NCBI GenBank assembly: GCA_964572775.1
Contig: CAZNEX010000003.1
Location: 2,400-66,399, forward strand
Length of the DNA: 64,000 nucleotides
Reading direction: 5' to 3'
DNA from: an uncultured Candidatus Saccharibacteria bacterium
GTDB lineage: Bacteria; Patescibacteriota; Saccharimonadia; Saccharimonadales; Saccharimonadaceae
The notes beneath the pieces are model-generated. The model ran no database searches. It had not been told where the DNA came from and saw nothing but the letters and a program-made list of their open reading frames with translations. Positions 45,252 through 52,675 of this stretch are shown here, one piece after another (the first letter of the stretch is position 1; the number at the start of each line of letters is the position of its first letter). The position numbers and the translations under genes were made by a program.

Positions 45252-46385
45252 TCATTTGATTACTGATGCAACCGTTGACACAACGCGTTCGTCAAATGGT
45301 GATGGGATGATTTGATCGGCAGTTGGGTTTTCGATCAGTGAAGCTAATGCCTCGGCGGCGGCGATTTTGTGTTGGTCGGTAATTTTTTGAACACCATTGT
45401 CGAGTGCACCGCGGAAGATACCCGGAAAGGCCAGCGCGTTATTTACTTGGTTAGGAAAATCGCTGCGGCCTGTTGCGATAACAGCTACGCCAGATTGTTT
45501 GGCGATGTCGGGCATAATCTCTGGAATTGGGTTAGCAAGCGCAAAAACAATTGGCATTGGAGCCATATTAGCGACTAATTCTGGTGTCAACAAACCGGGC
45601 TTTGAGACGCCTATGAAAATATCGGCATGGCTTACAGCATCCTCGAGCGTGCCATCAATTGTGGTATTTAGATATGGCATCAAAGCTTGTTTTTCACTAT
45701 TTAAGTCAGTACGCTGATCGCTAATAATGCCTTTTGAGTCGATTGCAAGAATATTTTTTATGCCGTACAGATGCAGAAGCTTGGCAATAGCCGTACCAGC
45801 AGCGCCGGCTCCAACCATAACAATCTTGGAATCTTGCAAGTTTCGTTGAGTTACTTTAGCTGCGTTTATTAGCCCAGCTAGTGTCACAACAGCCGTGCCG
45901 TGTTGATCGTCATGAAAAACTGGAATATCAAGTTCGGCTTTGAGACGCTCTTCGATTTCAAAACATTTTGGAGCAGCGATATCTTCGAGATTTATGGCGC
46001 CAAAGCTAGGCGCTATCGCTTTAACTGTTGCTACAATTTCATCGGGAGTATGAACGTCAAGCACAATTGGGATGCTGTCGATACCAGCAAAATGTTTAAA
46101 TAATAGCGCTTTTCCCTCCATAACAGGCATGGCTGCCTTTGCGCCAAGGTCGCCAAGACCCAAAATGGCCGATCCGTCCGATATAACCGCAACTAAATTA
46201 TTTGTCCATGTATAAACTGGCAAATCTTCGGGCTTTTCGGCAATTGCTCGCGAAACCGCACCAACTCCTGGGCTATAGTAGGCACTCAGTTTGGTTCGAT
46301 CAAGCTCATCGTTATCGCGTAACGCGGTCGTTATTTTACCTTTGTATTTTTTGTGAAGTTCTAGCGCTAGTTTATTATAATCCAT
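45252..46385 (-). CDS. NAD(P)-dependent malic enzyme (short form)
   Basis: YSPGVG, FHDDQHGTAVV and GAGAAGTAIAKLL motifs. TATAAT lies 6 nt upstream of the ATG. Confidence 0.9.
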   Translation of the reverse strand: MDYNKLALELHKKYKGKITTALRDNDELDRTKLSAYYSPGVGAVSRAIAEKPEDLPVYTWTNNLVAVISDGSAILGLGDLGAKAAMPVMEGKALLFKHFAGIDSIPIVLDVHTPDEIVATVKAIAPSFGAINLEDIAAPKCFEIEERLKAELDIPVFHDDQHGTAVVTLAGLINAAKVTQRNLQDSKIVMVGAGAAGTAIAKLLHLYGIKNILAIDSKGIISDQRTDLNSEKQALMPYLNTTIDGTLEDAVSHADIFIGVSKPGLLTPELVANMAPMPIVFALANPIPEIMPDIAKQSGVAVIATGRSDFPNQVNNALAFPGIFRGALDNGVQKITDQHKIAAAEALASLIENPTADQIIPSPFDERVVSTVASVIK

Positions 46386-46540
46386 AGACTTATTATACTA
46401 CGTAAAATATCTTGTCATATTAGAAATCTCGAGTTGAAACTTGGCTTGTCTCAGATGCCAGATTATGCCCCTTTTATTTTTACTCAGTCTCTGCTATAAT
46501 ATCCAACTAGATTGTCAATATAAAACTTTAGAGGTGAGAA

Positions 46541-47071
46541 ATGAGCTTTGCATTAATTCAAAAGGTCAATGACCAGCAAAAAAAGAAAGAAGTTGTCGAT
46601 GTCAGAAGCGGCGACACAGTACGTGTTTACCAAAAGATTCGTGAAGGTAACAAAGAGCGCATCCAGATGTTTGAAGGTGTCGTAATTCGTACCGATAACA
46701 AAACGCAGCAGACTAGTCGAATTACAGTTCGTAAAATTGCAAGTGGTGTTGGTGTCGAAAAGAGCTTTTTGCTGCACAGCCCGCTAGTTGAGCGTGTTGA
46801 AGTTGTTCGTCGTAGCAAAGTGCGCCGCAAGTTCCTGAGCTTTTTGCGTGAGCGTAGCGGTAAGTCAGCTCGCCTTACTTCAAAAGATTTTGATCGTAAA
46901 GCCGTTAATGACGTACACGACGCCAAAGCTGGAGCCGAGGCTGAACGCCTCAAAGAAGAAGCTGCTAAAGCAGCAGCTGAAAAACAAGCCGAAGCCGAAA
47001 AGGCTCAAGCTGAGCTTGACGCCAAAGCAGCTGAAGTTGAAGCTGCTCATAAAGCCAACGCTGCTAATTAG
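46541..47071 (+). CDS. rplS: 50S ribosomal protein L19 with an Ala/Glu/Lys-rich C-terminal extension
   Basis: GDTVRVYQKIREGNKERIQMFEGVVI...RKIASGVGVEKSF core, followed by about 60 extra residues (AEAERLKEEAAKAAAEKQAEAEKAQAELDAKAAEVEAA). Confidence 0.9.
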   Translation: MSFALIQKVNDQQKKKEVVDVRSGDTVRVYQKIREGNKERIQMFEGVVIRTDNKTQQTSRITVRKIASGVGVEKSFLLHSPLVERVEVVRRSKVRRKFLSFLRERSGKSARLTSKDFDRKAVNDVHDAKAGAEAERLKEEAAKAAAEKQAEAEKAQAELDAKAAEVEAAHKANAAN

Positions 47072-47077
47072 TATTTT

Positions 47078-47117
47078 AAAACATCTCCTACAAACTGTAA
47101 GAGATGTTTTTATTTTG
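47078..47117 (+). terminator. rho-independent terminator after rplS
   Basis: 10-bp stem AAAACATCTC / GAGATGTTTT with a 13-nt loop, followed by TTATTTT. Confidence 0.7.
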
Positions 47118-47139
47118 TCAGTTCGTTTAAACTATCTAT

Positions 47140-48096
47140 ATGATACTAGGCATTGACGAAGTTGGGCGCGGGGCATGGGCTGGACCGCTAGTTGTCGGTG
47201 CGGTTGTGCTGGGCGATACCAAAATTTCTGGGCTGACAGATAGTAAATTATTGACCAAGAAAAAGCGTCAAAATTTGGCCGAGCTAATTCACGCGCATGC
47301 TGCTGGTATTGGTCTTGGCTGGGTTGAGCCCAGTGAGATTGATAGCATCGGACTTTCAACTGCACTAAGGCTGGCAACGCGACGAGCAATTGATGAAGTC
47401 CGCACTCAGACTAGTTTTCACGAAATCATAATTGATGGTACAATCAACTTTTTGTCTGATACACCATTAGAAAATTATGTATCGCTGCTCAAAAAAGCCG
47501 ATCTATTGATTCCGAGTGTCTCAGCGGCGTCGATTGTCGCCAAAGTTGCCAGAGATAATTATATGAATGAGCAAGCAGCGCTTTACGCCGGCTACGACAT
47601 GGCGAGTCATGTTGGCTACGGAACTGCCAAGCATCGCCAGGCAATTGAACAACATGGAGTGACGCCATTGCATCGGCTCAGTATTGCACCACTGGCAAAA
47701 TATCGCCAAAGTTCTGCTAGCCCTGCCAAAAATCAAGCCGTCACATCGCGTCAAATCGGTGATGTCAGCGAGTCAGCGGCCGCTGTTTGGCTAGAAAAAC
47801 ACGGGCACAAGATTTTAGAGCGCAACTGGAAGACCAAGTGGTGTGAGATTGATATTGTTAGTCAAAAAGATGACGGACTGTATTTTACAGAAGTAAAACA
47901 TCGCAAAAACAATAAGTCTGGCGATGGCTTTGAAGCAATTACGCCCAAAAAACTGCGTCAAATGACTTTTGCTGCCAAGTTTTATGTTCATTATCATCAT
48001 ATCGTGAGCGCCGATATGAGACTGATGGCGATTGCCACAAGCGGCGATATAGCCGACGGCGAACTCGACGTGTCGAATGCCGTAACTATCGACTAG
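47140..48096 (+). CDS. rnhB: ribonuclease HII fused to a YraN (UPF0102) endonuclease-like domain
   Basis: The N-terminal roughly 200 aa carry GIDEVGRGAWAGPLVVGAV and DSKLLTKKKR. The C-terminal roughly 110 aa carry GDVSESAAAVWLEKHGHKILERNWK...EIDIV...FTEVKHR, the YraN pattern. Confidence 0.85.
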   Translation: MILGIDEVGRGAWAGPLVVGAVVLGDTKISGLTDSKLLTKKKRQNLAELIHAHAAGIGLGWVEPSEIDSIGLSTALRLATRRAIDEVRTQTSFHEIIIDGTINFLSDTPLENYVSLLKKADLLIPSVSAASIVAKVARDNYMNEQAALYAGYDMASHVGYGTAKHRQAIEQHGVTPLHRLSIAPLAKYRQSSASPAKNQAVTSRQIGDVSESAAAVWLEKHGHKILERNWKTKWCEIDIVSQKDDGLYFTEVKHRKNNKSGDGFEAITPKKLRQMTFAAKFYVHYHHIVSADMRLMAIATSGDIADGELDVSNAVTID

Positions 48097-50602
48097 CTTG
48101 GTCGAACCTTAGCGCATGCAGCATTGATCGTACGGCTTCGCCATCTCGATCAAGTAGCTCAAGGCGCGCATCAATTTCTGCTAGTCCAAGGTCGATAACT
48201 CGAGTAAGCGCCGGTACGTCACGTTTTGGCGAAAAGAATGTCGCGTATTGATCGCGTTGCTCACTTGTCATCAGGCCAGAAGCAGCATAGCGCGGATAAT
48301 AATCAAAGCTCTTATCGCCGCCAAACTGCTGATCAATCCAGCTCCAGTTTTGACGCATCCATTGCCAGGTCGCTTCGCGGGCGTAACGGTTACGAATCAG
48401 ATAAACAAACCAGCGAGCATTATCTTGGGGACGAATCGTTTTGGTATCGGTCAACGTCTTGATCAACTGAGAGATCTGCTCGGGATGACGCGCGGCCGTA
48501 ATACCAGAAGCAATATCATCTTGAAGATCAACTGAGGTTGTCGTTCGGTAAATTTCGAGTAACTGGTTTATTACATCGAGATCGCCGTTATGACTGACAA
48601 AGCTGGCGATAATAACCGGACGGATTTCTGGATCAATTGATTCGATGCCTTGCAAGTACAAACGATTGACTTGTCCCAGCACTTCCAAATCTTCACTATA
48701 TGACATCATGCCTAAAATCAGCGGCCGCAGCAGAGTATCATCGGTCGATTCGCCAATTTGAGCTGACCAGCCAAGCCGTTTGTATTGTTCATTTGCAAGG
48801 TAACTTGCTAGATGTCGAAGTTGTTTCTCGGCGTCAATATCTTTTTCGACAAATTTTTTGAGCTCCGCAAAAGCCAATGCCATGATATCCCAGACATGTA
48901 GCGACGCTTCATGACGGTATTTTTTGAGTAAGTCGATGAGCTGATCGCTACCAACTAAACCGCCGCGCACCAGTAAAGTTTGTTCATGCAAGATTTGCAG
49001 ACGATTTATTTCAGTTTGATTAGTATCGCTCAAAATTCTGCCGAGATGTTCGGGCAAGTAGTGCGTAATGAAATGAGAGCTATCGCTTAGATTGAGCCGC
49101 TCATTGTCGGCAACCGGCAGCTTAATTTCAGCCGTTTCAAAAAGCGCTGGCGTGAGGGGGTTATTAGAGTCGAGCGGTATTGGCCAAAGCTGCGATGACG
49201 GTCGATGCGGACCGATGAAAAATTGCTTTTGAGACAGTCCGTCATTTGCGACTGTTACAACTGGATATCCACTTTGACCAATCCAGACATTCATAAAGTT
49301 AGAGATATCTTTACCGCTAGCCTTGGAAAGGTGTTTCCATAAATCATTAGCTTCGGTATTTTGGTAAGCAAACTCTTTGAAGTATGTCTGAAGACCTTCC
49401 TGAAAGGCTTGATTACCGACATAGCTTTGACACATCCGCATCAGACGAGCGCCCTTAGCATAAACAATTGACGGATCGAACAGTGAGCTAATCTCATCAG
49501 GATGGTTAACATCTACCTGAACCGACTGAACGCCGTCGATAGCGTCGCGCCTCAATGCCGAAATACCTTCATGAAGTGAAAAGTCGAGCCAAGTATTCCA
49601 TTCTGGAAAAATAGCGTCTACAGCAATGTAAGACATCAGCGTTGCAAAACTTTCGTTGAGCCACAGGTCATTCCACCATTTCATCGTAACGAGATTACCG
49701 AACCATTGGTGGCTGAGTTCATGGGCGATGATGCTTGCGATCTGTTTTTTAGATGCCAGACTAGCACTTGCTGGATCAGCGATCAGGCACGATTCGCGGT
49801 AAGTCACCAAGCCCCAGTTTTCCATAGCAGCTGATGAAAAATCTGGTAAGGCAACGTGGTCCGATTTTGGTAGTGGATAGGGCGTTTGAAAATAGTCATC
49901 AAAAAAGTCGATCGTCTTTATGGCGTGATCTAGTGCAAACTGCAAACTTTCAGACCGATGAGCTTTTGTGGCATAAATATTGACTTCGACATCGTTGGTA
50001 GTTTTGGCTGATATTTTTTGTAAATCGCCATAAACCCAAGCCAGCAAGTAAGTGCTCATGCGCGGTGTAGTTGCAAAAGTCGTCACCAATCGATCACTTT
50101 CTTGACGCGATGAAATCTGATGAAGATTACTTAGCACGGTGATATTTTTTTCAGTAGTTAGAGTTAGATCGAAAGTCGCTTTTGCTTCTGGCTCATCGAC
50201 GCATGGAAAAACTTCTCGAGCATGATGACTTTCAAACTGAGTGGCGATTAATTCTTTAGCTTTTCCTTCATGTTGGTAGTAGCAAGGATACATTCCATGC
50301 ATGCTGTCGTTGATTTCGCCTGCAAAACTAATTGTAACGACATGCTTACCCGGTCGTAAATCGTCATGAGACAAGATGAGCGCGTCGAATTCACCGCGAG
50401 CTATCGTTGCAGCTTTGCCATCAATCAGCGCTGTATCAATCTGAAGATCTTTAGCGTGAAGTGTTAAACTGGTCTCTACTGTGGTGGTTTGCCCGTCAAT
50501 TGTGACAAGACCACTAAACCTGCGTTTTGGGCGATCGATGTCGAGCGATAAATTATAATGAGTTGGCTTGAAGCTGTTTGTAAGTCTTGGAACATTCTGC
50601 AT
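48086..50602 (-). CDS. pepN: M1-family aminopeptidase N
   Basis: AAMENWG exopeptidase motif and HELSHQWFGN-x18-WLNESFA zinc site. I chose the start at MQNVPRL (50602). The upstream 34 codons overlap the divergent gene's promoter. Confidence 0.92.
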   Translation of the reverse strand: MQNVPRLTNSFKPTHYNLSLDIDRPKRRFSGLVTIDGQTTTVETSLTLHAKDLQIDTALIDGKAATIARGEFDALILSHDDLRPGKHVVTISFAGEINDSMHGMYPCYYQHEGKAKELIATQFESHHAREVFPCVDEPEAKATFDLTLTTEKNITVLSNLHQISSRQESDRLVTTFATTPRMSTYLLAWVYGDLQKISAKTTNDVEVNIYATKAHRSESLQFALDHAIKTIDFFDDYFQTPYPLPKSDHVALPDFSSAAMENWGLVTYRESCLIADPASASLASKKQIASIIAHELSHQWFGNLVTMKWWNDLWLNESFATLMSYIAVDAIFPEWNTWLDFSLHEGISALRRDAIDGVQSVQVDVNHPDEISSLFDPSIVYAKGARLMRMCQSYVGNQAFQEGLQTYFKEFAYQNTEANDLWKHLSKASGKDISNFMNVWIGQSGYPVVTVANDGLSQKQFFIGPHRPSSQLWPIPLDSNNPLTPALFETAEIKLPVADNERLNLSDSSHFITHYLPEHLGRILSDTNQTEINRLQILHEQTLLVRGGLVGSDQLIDLLKKYRHEASLHVWDIMALAFAELKKFVEKDIDAEKQLRHLASYLANEQYKRLGWSAQIGESTDDTLLRPLILGMMSYSEDLEVLGQVNRLYLQGIESIDPEIRPVIIASFVSHNGDLDVINQLLEIYRTTTSVDLQDDIASGITAARHPEQISQLIKTLTDTKTIRPQDNARWFVYLIRNRYAREATWQWMRQNWSWIDQQFGGDKSFDYYPRYAASGLMTSEQRDQYATFFSPKRDVPALTRVIDLGLAEIDARLELLDRDGEAVRSMLHALRFDQASR

Positions 50603-50609
50603 GCATCTT

Positions 50610-50619
50610 ATTGTACAAT
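50610..50619. promoter_or_regulatory. palindromic ATTGTACAAT: overlapping -10 hexamers for divergent pepN and the DUF1524 gene
   Basis: TACAAT reads on both strands, 8 nt before ATG 50628 on the + strand and 7 nt before ATG 50602 on the - strand. The whole intergenic gap is 25 bp. Confidence 0.45.
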
Positions 50620-50627
50620 ACCTAAAG

Positions 50628-51341
50628 ATGAGCAAGCAAAAACGTCGACGCATCATCGCAGGGTTAATACTGATAACAATTTGTGGTTTATTGATCGTGG
50701 CCAACCCCGATAACTACCGCGTCGACAGCCAGCTAACACCAGTCGACACCACAGGTACGACACCGCTACCGGCACGAGCTGTTGATTTACTGGCAAAACT
50801 AGAAATCAAAGGGCGCGCTGCCTCGACAGGCTATAGCAGGGCCCAGTTTGGCGACGGTTGGGGCTCGATCGGTAGCTGCGATATGCGTAATTTGGTCTTG
50901 AGACGAGATATGCAAAATGTCATCATGGCAGCCAATTGTAAGGTCGAACGAGGCAGTCTAATCGACCCTTACACCGCGCAAACGATCGATTTTGTGCGCG
51001 GTCCATCAACTAGCGATTTAGTACAAATTGATCATGTCGTGGCACTCAGTGATGCTTGGCAAAAAGGCGCCCAACAGCTCAGTCGGCAACAACGGATCGC
51101 GCTGGCAAATGATCCACTTGAATTGCTTGCAGTTAGCGGAAAAGCCAACCAAGATAAGTTGAACAGCGATGCCGCTTCATGGCTGCCGCCAAATAAGGCA
51201 TTTCGCTGTCAATACGTGGCTAGGCAAGTGGCTATTAAGTCCAAGTATAGGCTGTGGGTAACGCCGGCCGAACACGACACGATCGAGCGCATACTTGCGA
51301 CTTGTCCCGAGCAATTGACGCCAAGTATTCCTGCCTATTGA
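50628..51341 (+). CDS. exported HNH/DUF1524-type nuclease-like protein
   Basis: Signal anchor (RRRIIAGLILITICGLLIV), then GYSRAQFGDGW...RNLVLRRD...QIDHVVALSDAW...ANDPLELLAVSGKANQDK, resembling the DUF1524 (GmrSD C-terminal, His-Me finger) family. Confidence 0.7.
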   Translation: MSKQKRRRIIAGLILITICGLLIVANPDNYRVDSQLTPVDTTGTTPLPARAVDLLAKLEIKGRAASTGYSRAQFGDGWGSIGSCDMRNLVLRRDMQNVIMAANCKVERGSLIDPYTAQTIDFVRGPSTSDLVQIDHVVALSDAWQKGAQQLSRQQRIALANDPLELLAVSGKANQDKLNSDAASWLPPNKAFRCQYVARQVAIKSKYRLWVTPAEHDTIERILATCPEQLTPSIPAY

Positions 51342-51380
51342 CAACACCAACCAGCTGGAGTATAATAGAATACGTACTAA

Positions 51381-51406
51381 CTCGGCCGCAGCGGTCGGGT
51401 TTTTTC
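51381..51406 (+). terminator. terminator-like hairpin plus U-tract inside the nusA 5' leader (candidate attenuator)
   Basis: CTCGGCC-GCAGC-GGTCGGG (7 bp including two G-U pairs) followed by TTTTTT. It sits between TATAAT (51361-51366) and the nusA Shine-Dalgarno (AAGAGGG). Confidence 0.4.
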
Positions 51407-51431
51407 GTAGAAGACTAAAGAAAGAGGGAAA

Positions 51432-52553
51432 ATGCAAGATTTAAACATAAAACAATTGACTCTCGGTATGAAGACTATTGCCGAAGAGAAAAACCTACCA
51501 GAAGAAACAATTATGGAGGTTATCGAACAGGCGATTGCTGCTGCATGGCGCCGTGATAATGGTGAACGCGATCAAGAAGTGCGTGCTGAACTAAACATCA
51601 ATGATGGTTCTGCCAAGGTTTTTGTATCGCGCGAAGTTGTCGAAACAGTTGGCTCAGATGCCCATGAGATTAGTCTTGAAGATGCTAAAAAAGTTAAAAA
51701 AGATGCTGTTTTGGGTGATTTGATCGAAGAAGCGCACACTGTGACTGGCTTCGGACGTGTAGCAGCGCAAACCGCTAAACAAGTTGTTTTGCAGCGTCTA
51801 CGCGAAGCTGAGCGAGAGGTCGTTTTAGCAGAATATGAAGATAAGATCGGTTCGGTCGTCAATGGAATTGTTCAGCGTGTCGAGCCGCGCTTGGTGCGTG
51901 TTGAGCTTGGCAAGGCAATCGGTATTTTGCCACAAAGCGAGCAAATTCAAGGCGAATACCTCAGCCCAGGCAGTCGTATCAAAGTCTTTATCAAAGATAT
52001 CGAACGCGAAAATCGTGGACCACAACTCATCTTAAGCCGTGCCAACACAGGATTTGTCGAGTACTTGTTCCGCCAAGAAGTTCCCGAAATGGAAACTGGA
52101 GCAGTTGAGATCAAAGCGATTGCTCGCGAAGCAGGGCGACGTACCAAACTAGCGGTAGCAAGCACCGTTCCTGGTGTCGACCCAGTTGGTACTTTTGTTG
52201 GTGGTCATGGATCACGCGTCAATGCTGTGATGGGCGAAATCGGCGATCAGGAAAAGATTGACATCGTAACTTATGATGAAGATATCGAGAAATTTATCCG
52301 TAACGCTCTTAGTCCAGCAGAAATCGTAAAGCTAGAGCTAAACGAAGAAGACAAAACCGCAAAAGTATTTGTTGATGAGTCGCAGCAGTCAATTGCGATC
52401 GGCCGCAGCGGTCAAAATGTCCGTCTGGCTTCTCGTCTAACTGGTTATCAACTAGATATCGAAACAGCCGTACCAGAGAAGAAAGCTGAGAAGAAACCAA
52501 AAAAGAATATTGAAGACGACCTGTTCAGCGCGATTGAGCAACAGAACGACTAA
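51432..52553 (+). CDS. nusA: transcription termination/antitermination factor NusA
   Basis: N-terminal domain, S1 and two KH domains (LSRANTGFVEYLFRQEVPE, AIAREAGRRTKLAV, IGRSGQNVRLASRLTG). Confidence 0.93.
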   Translation: MQDLNIKQLTLGMKTIAEEKNLPEETIMEVIEQAIAAAWRRDNGERDQEVRAELNINDGSAKVFVSREVVETVGSDAHEISLEDAKKVKKDAVLGDLIEEAHTVTGFGRVAAQTAKQVVLQRLREAEREVVLAEYEDKIGSVVNGIVQRVEPRLVRVELGKAIGILPQSEQIQGEYLSPGSRIKVFIKDIERENRGPQLILSRANTGFVEYLFRQEVPEMETGAVEIKAIAREAGRRTKLAVASTVPGVDPVGTFVGGHGSRVNAVMGEIGDQEKIDIVTYDEDIEKFIRNALSPAEIVKLELNEEDKTAKVFVDESQQSIAIGRSGQNVRLASRLTGYQLDIETAVPEKKAEKKPKKNIEDDLFSAIEQQND

Positions 52554-52565
52554 TTTTAGCGGCCT

Positions 52566-52592
52566 ATCTAGCGAATTAGCACTCTATTGACA
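52566..52592. promoter_or_regulatory. CIRCE element (HrcA operator) overlapping the clpC promoter
   Basis: TTAGCACTC-tattgacac-GAGTGCTAA matches the 9-N9-9 consensus at all 18 arm positions. The -35 TTGACA (52577-52582) lies in the spacer and TATACT (52601-52606) is 18 nt downstream. Confidence 0.85.
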
Positions 52593-52675
52593 CGAGTGCT
52601 AATTTTGCTCTATACTGATTGATGAAAGTCGTCTATAATAGCGTTAGTGCTAATTAGCCGAAAGGAGGAAGCAGT

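Noticed and set aside
52584-52600. The CIRCE hairpin interpreted purely as the nusA intrinsic terminator.
   Set aside because: An 18/18 match to the CIRCE arms with exact N9 spacing, plus overlap with the -35/-10 boxes, is too specific for a generic terminator. A dual role remains possible and is noted in the findings.
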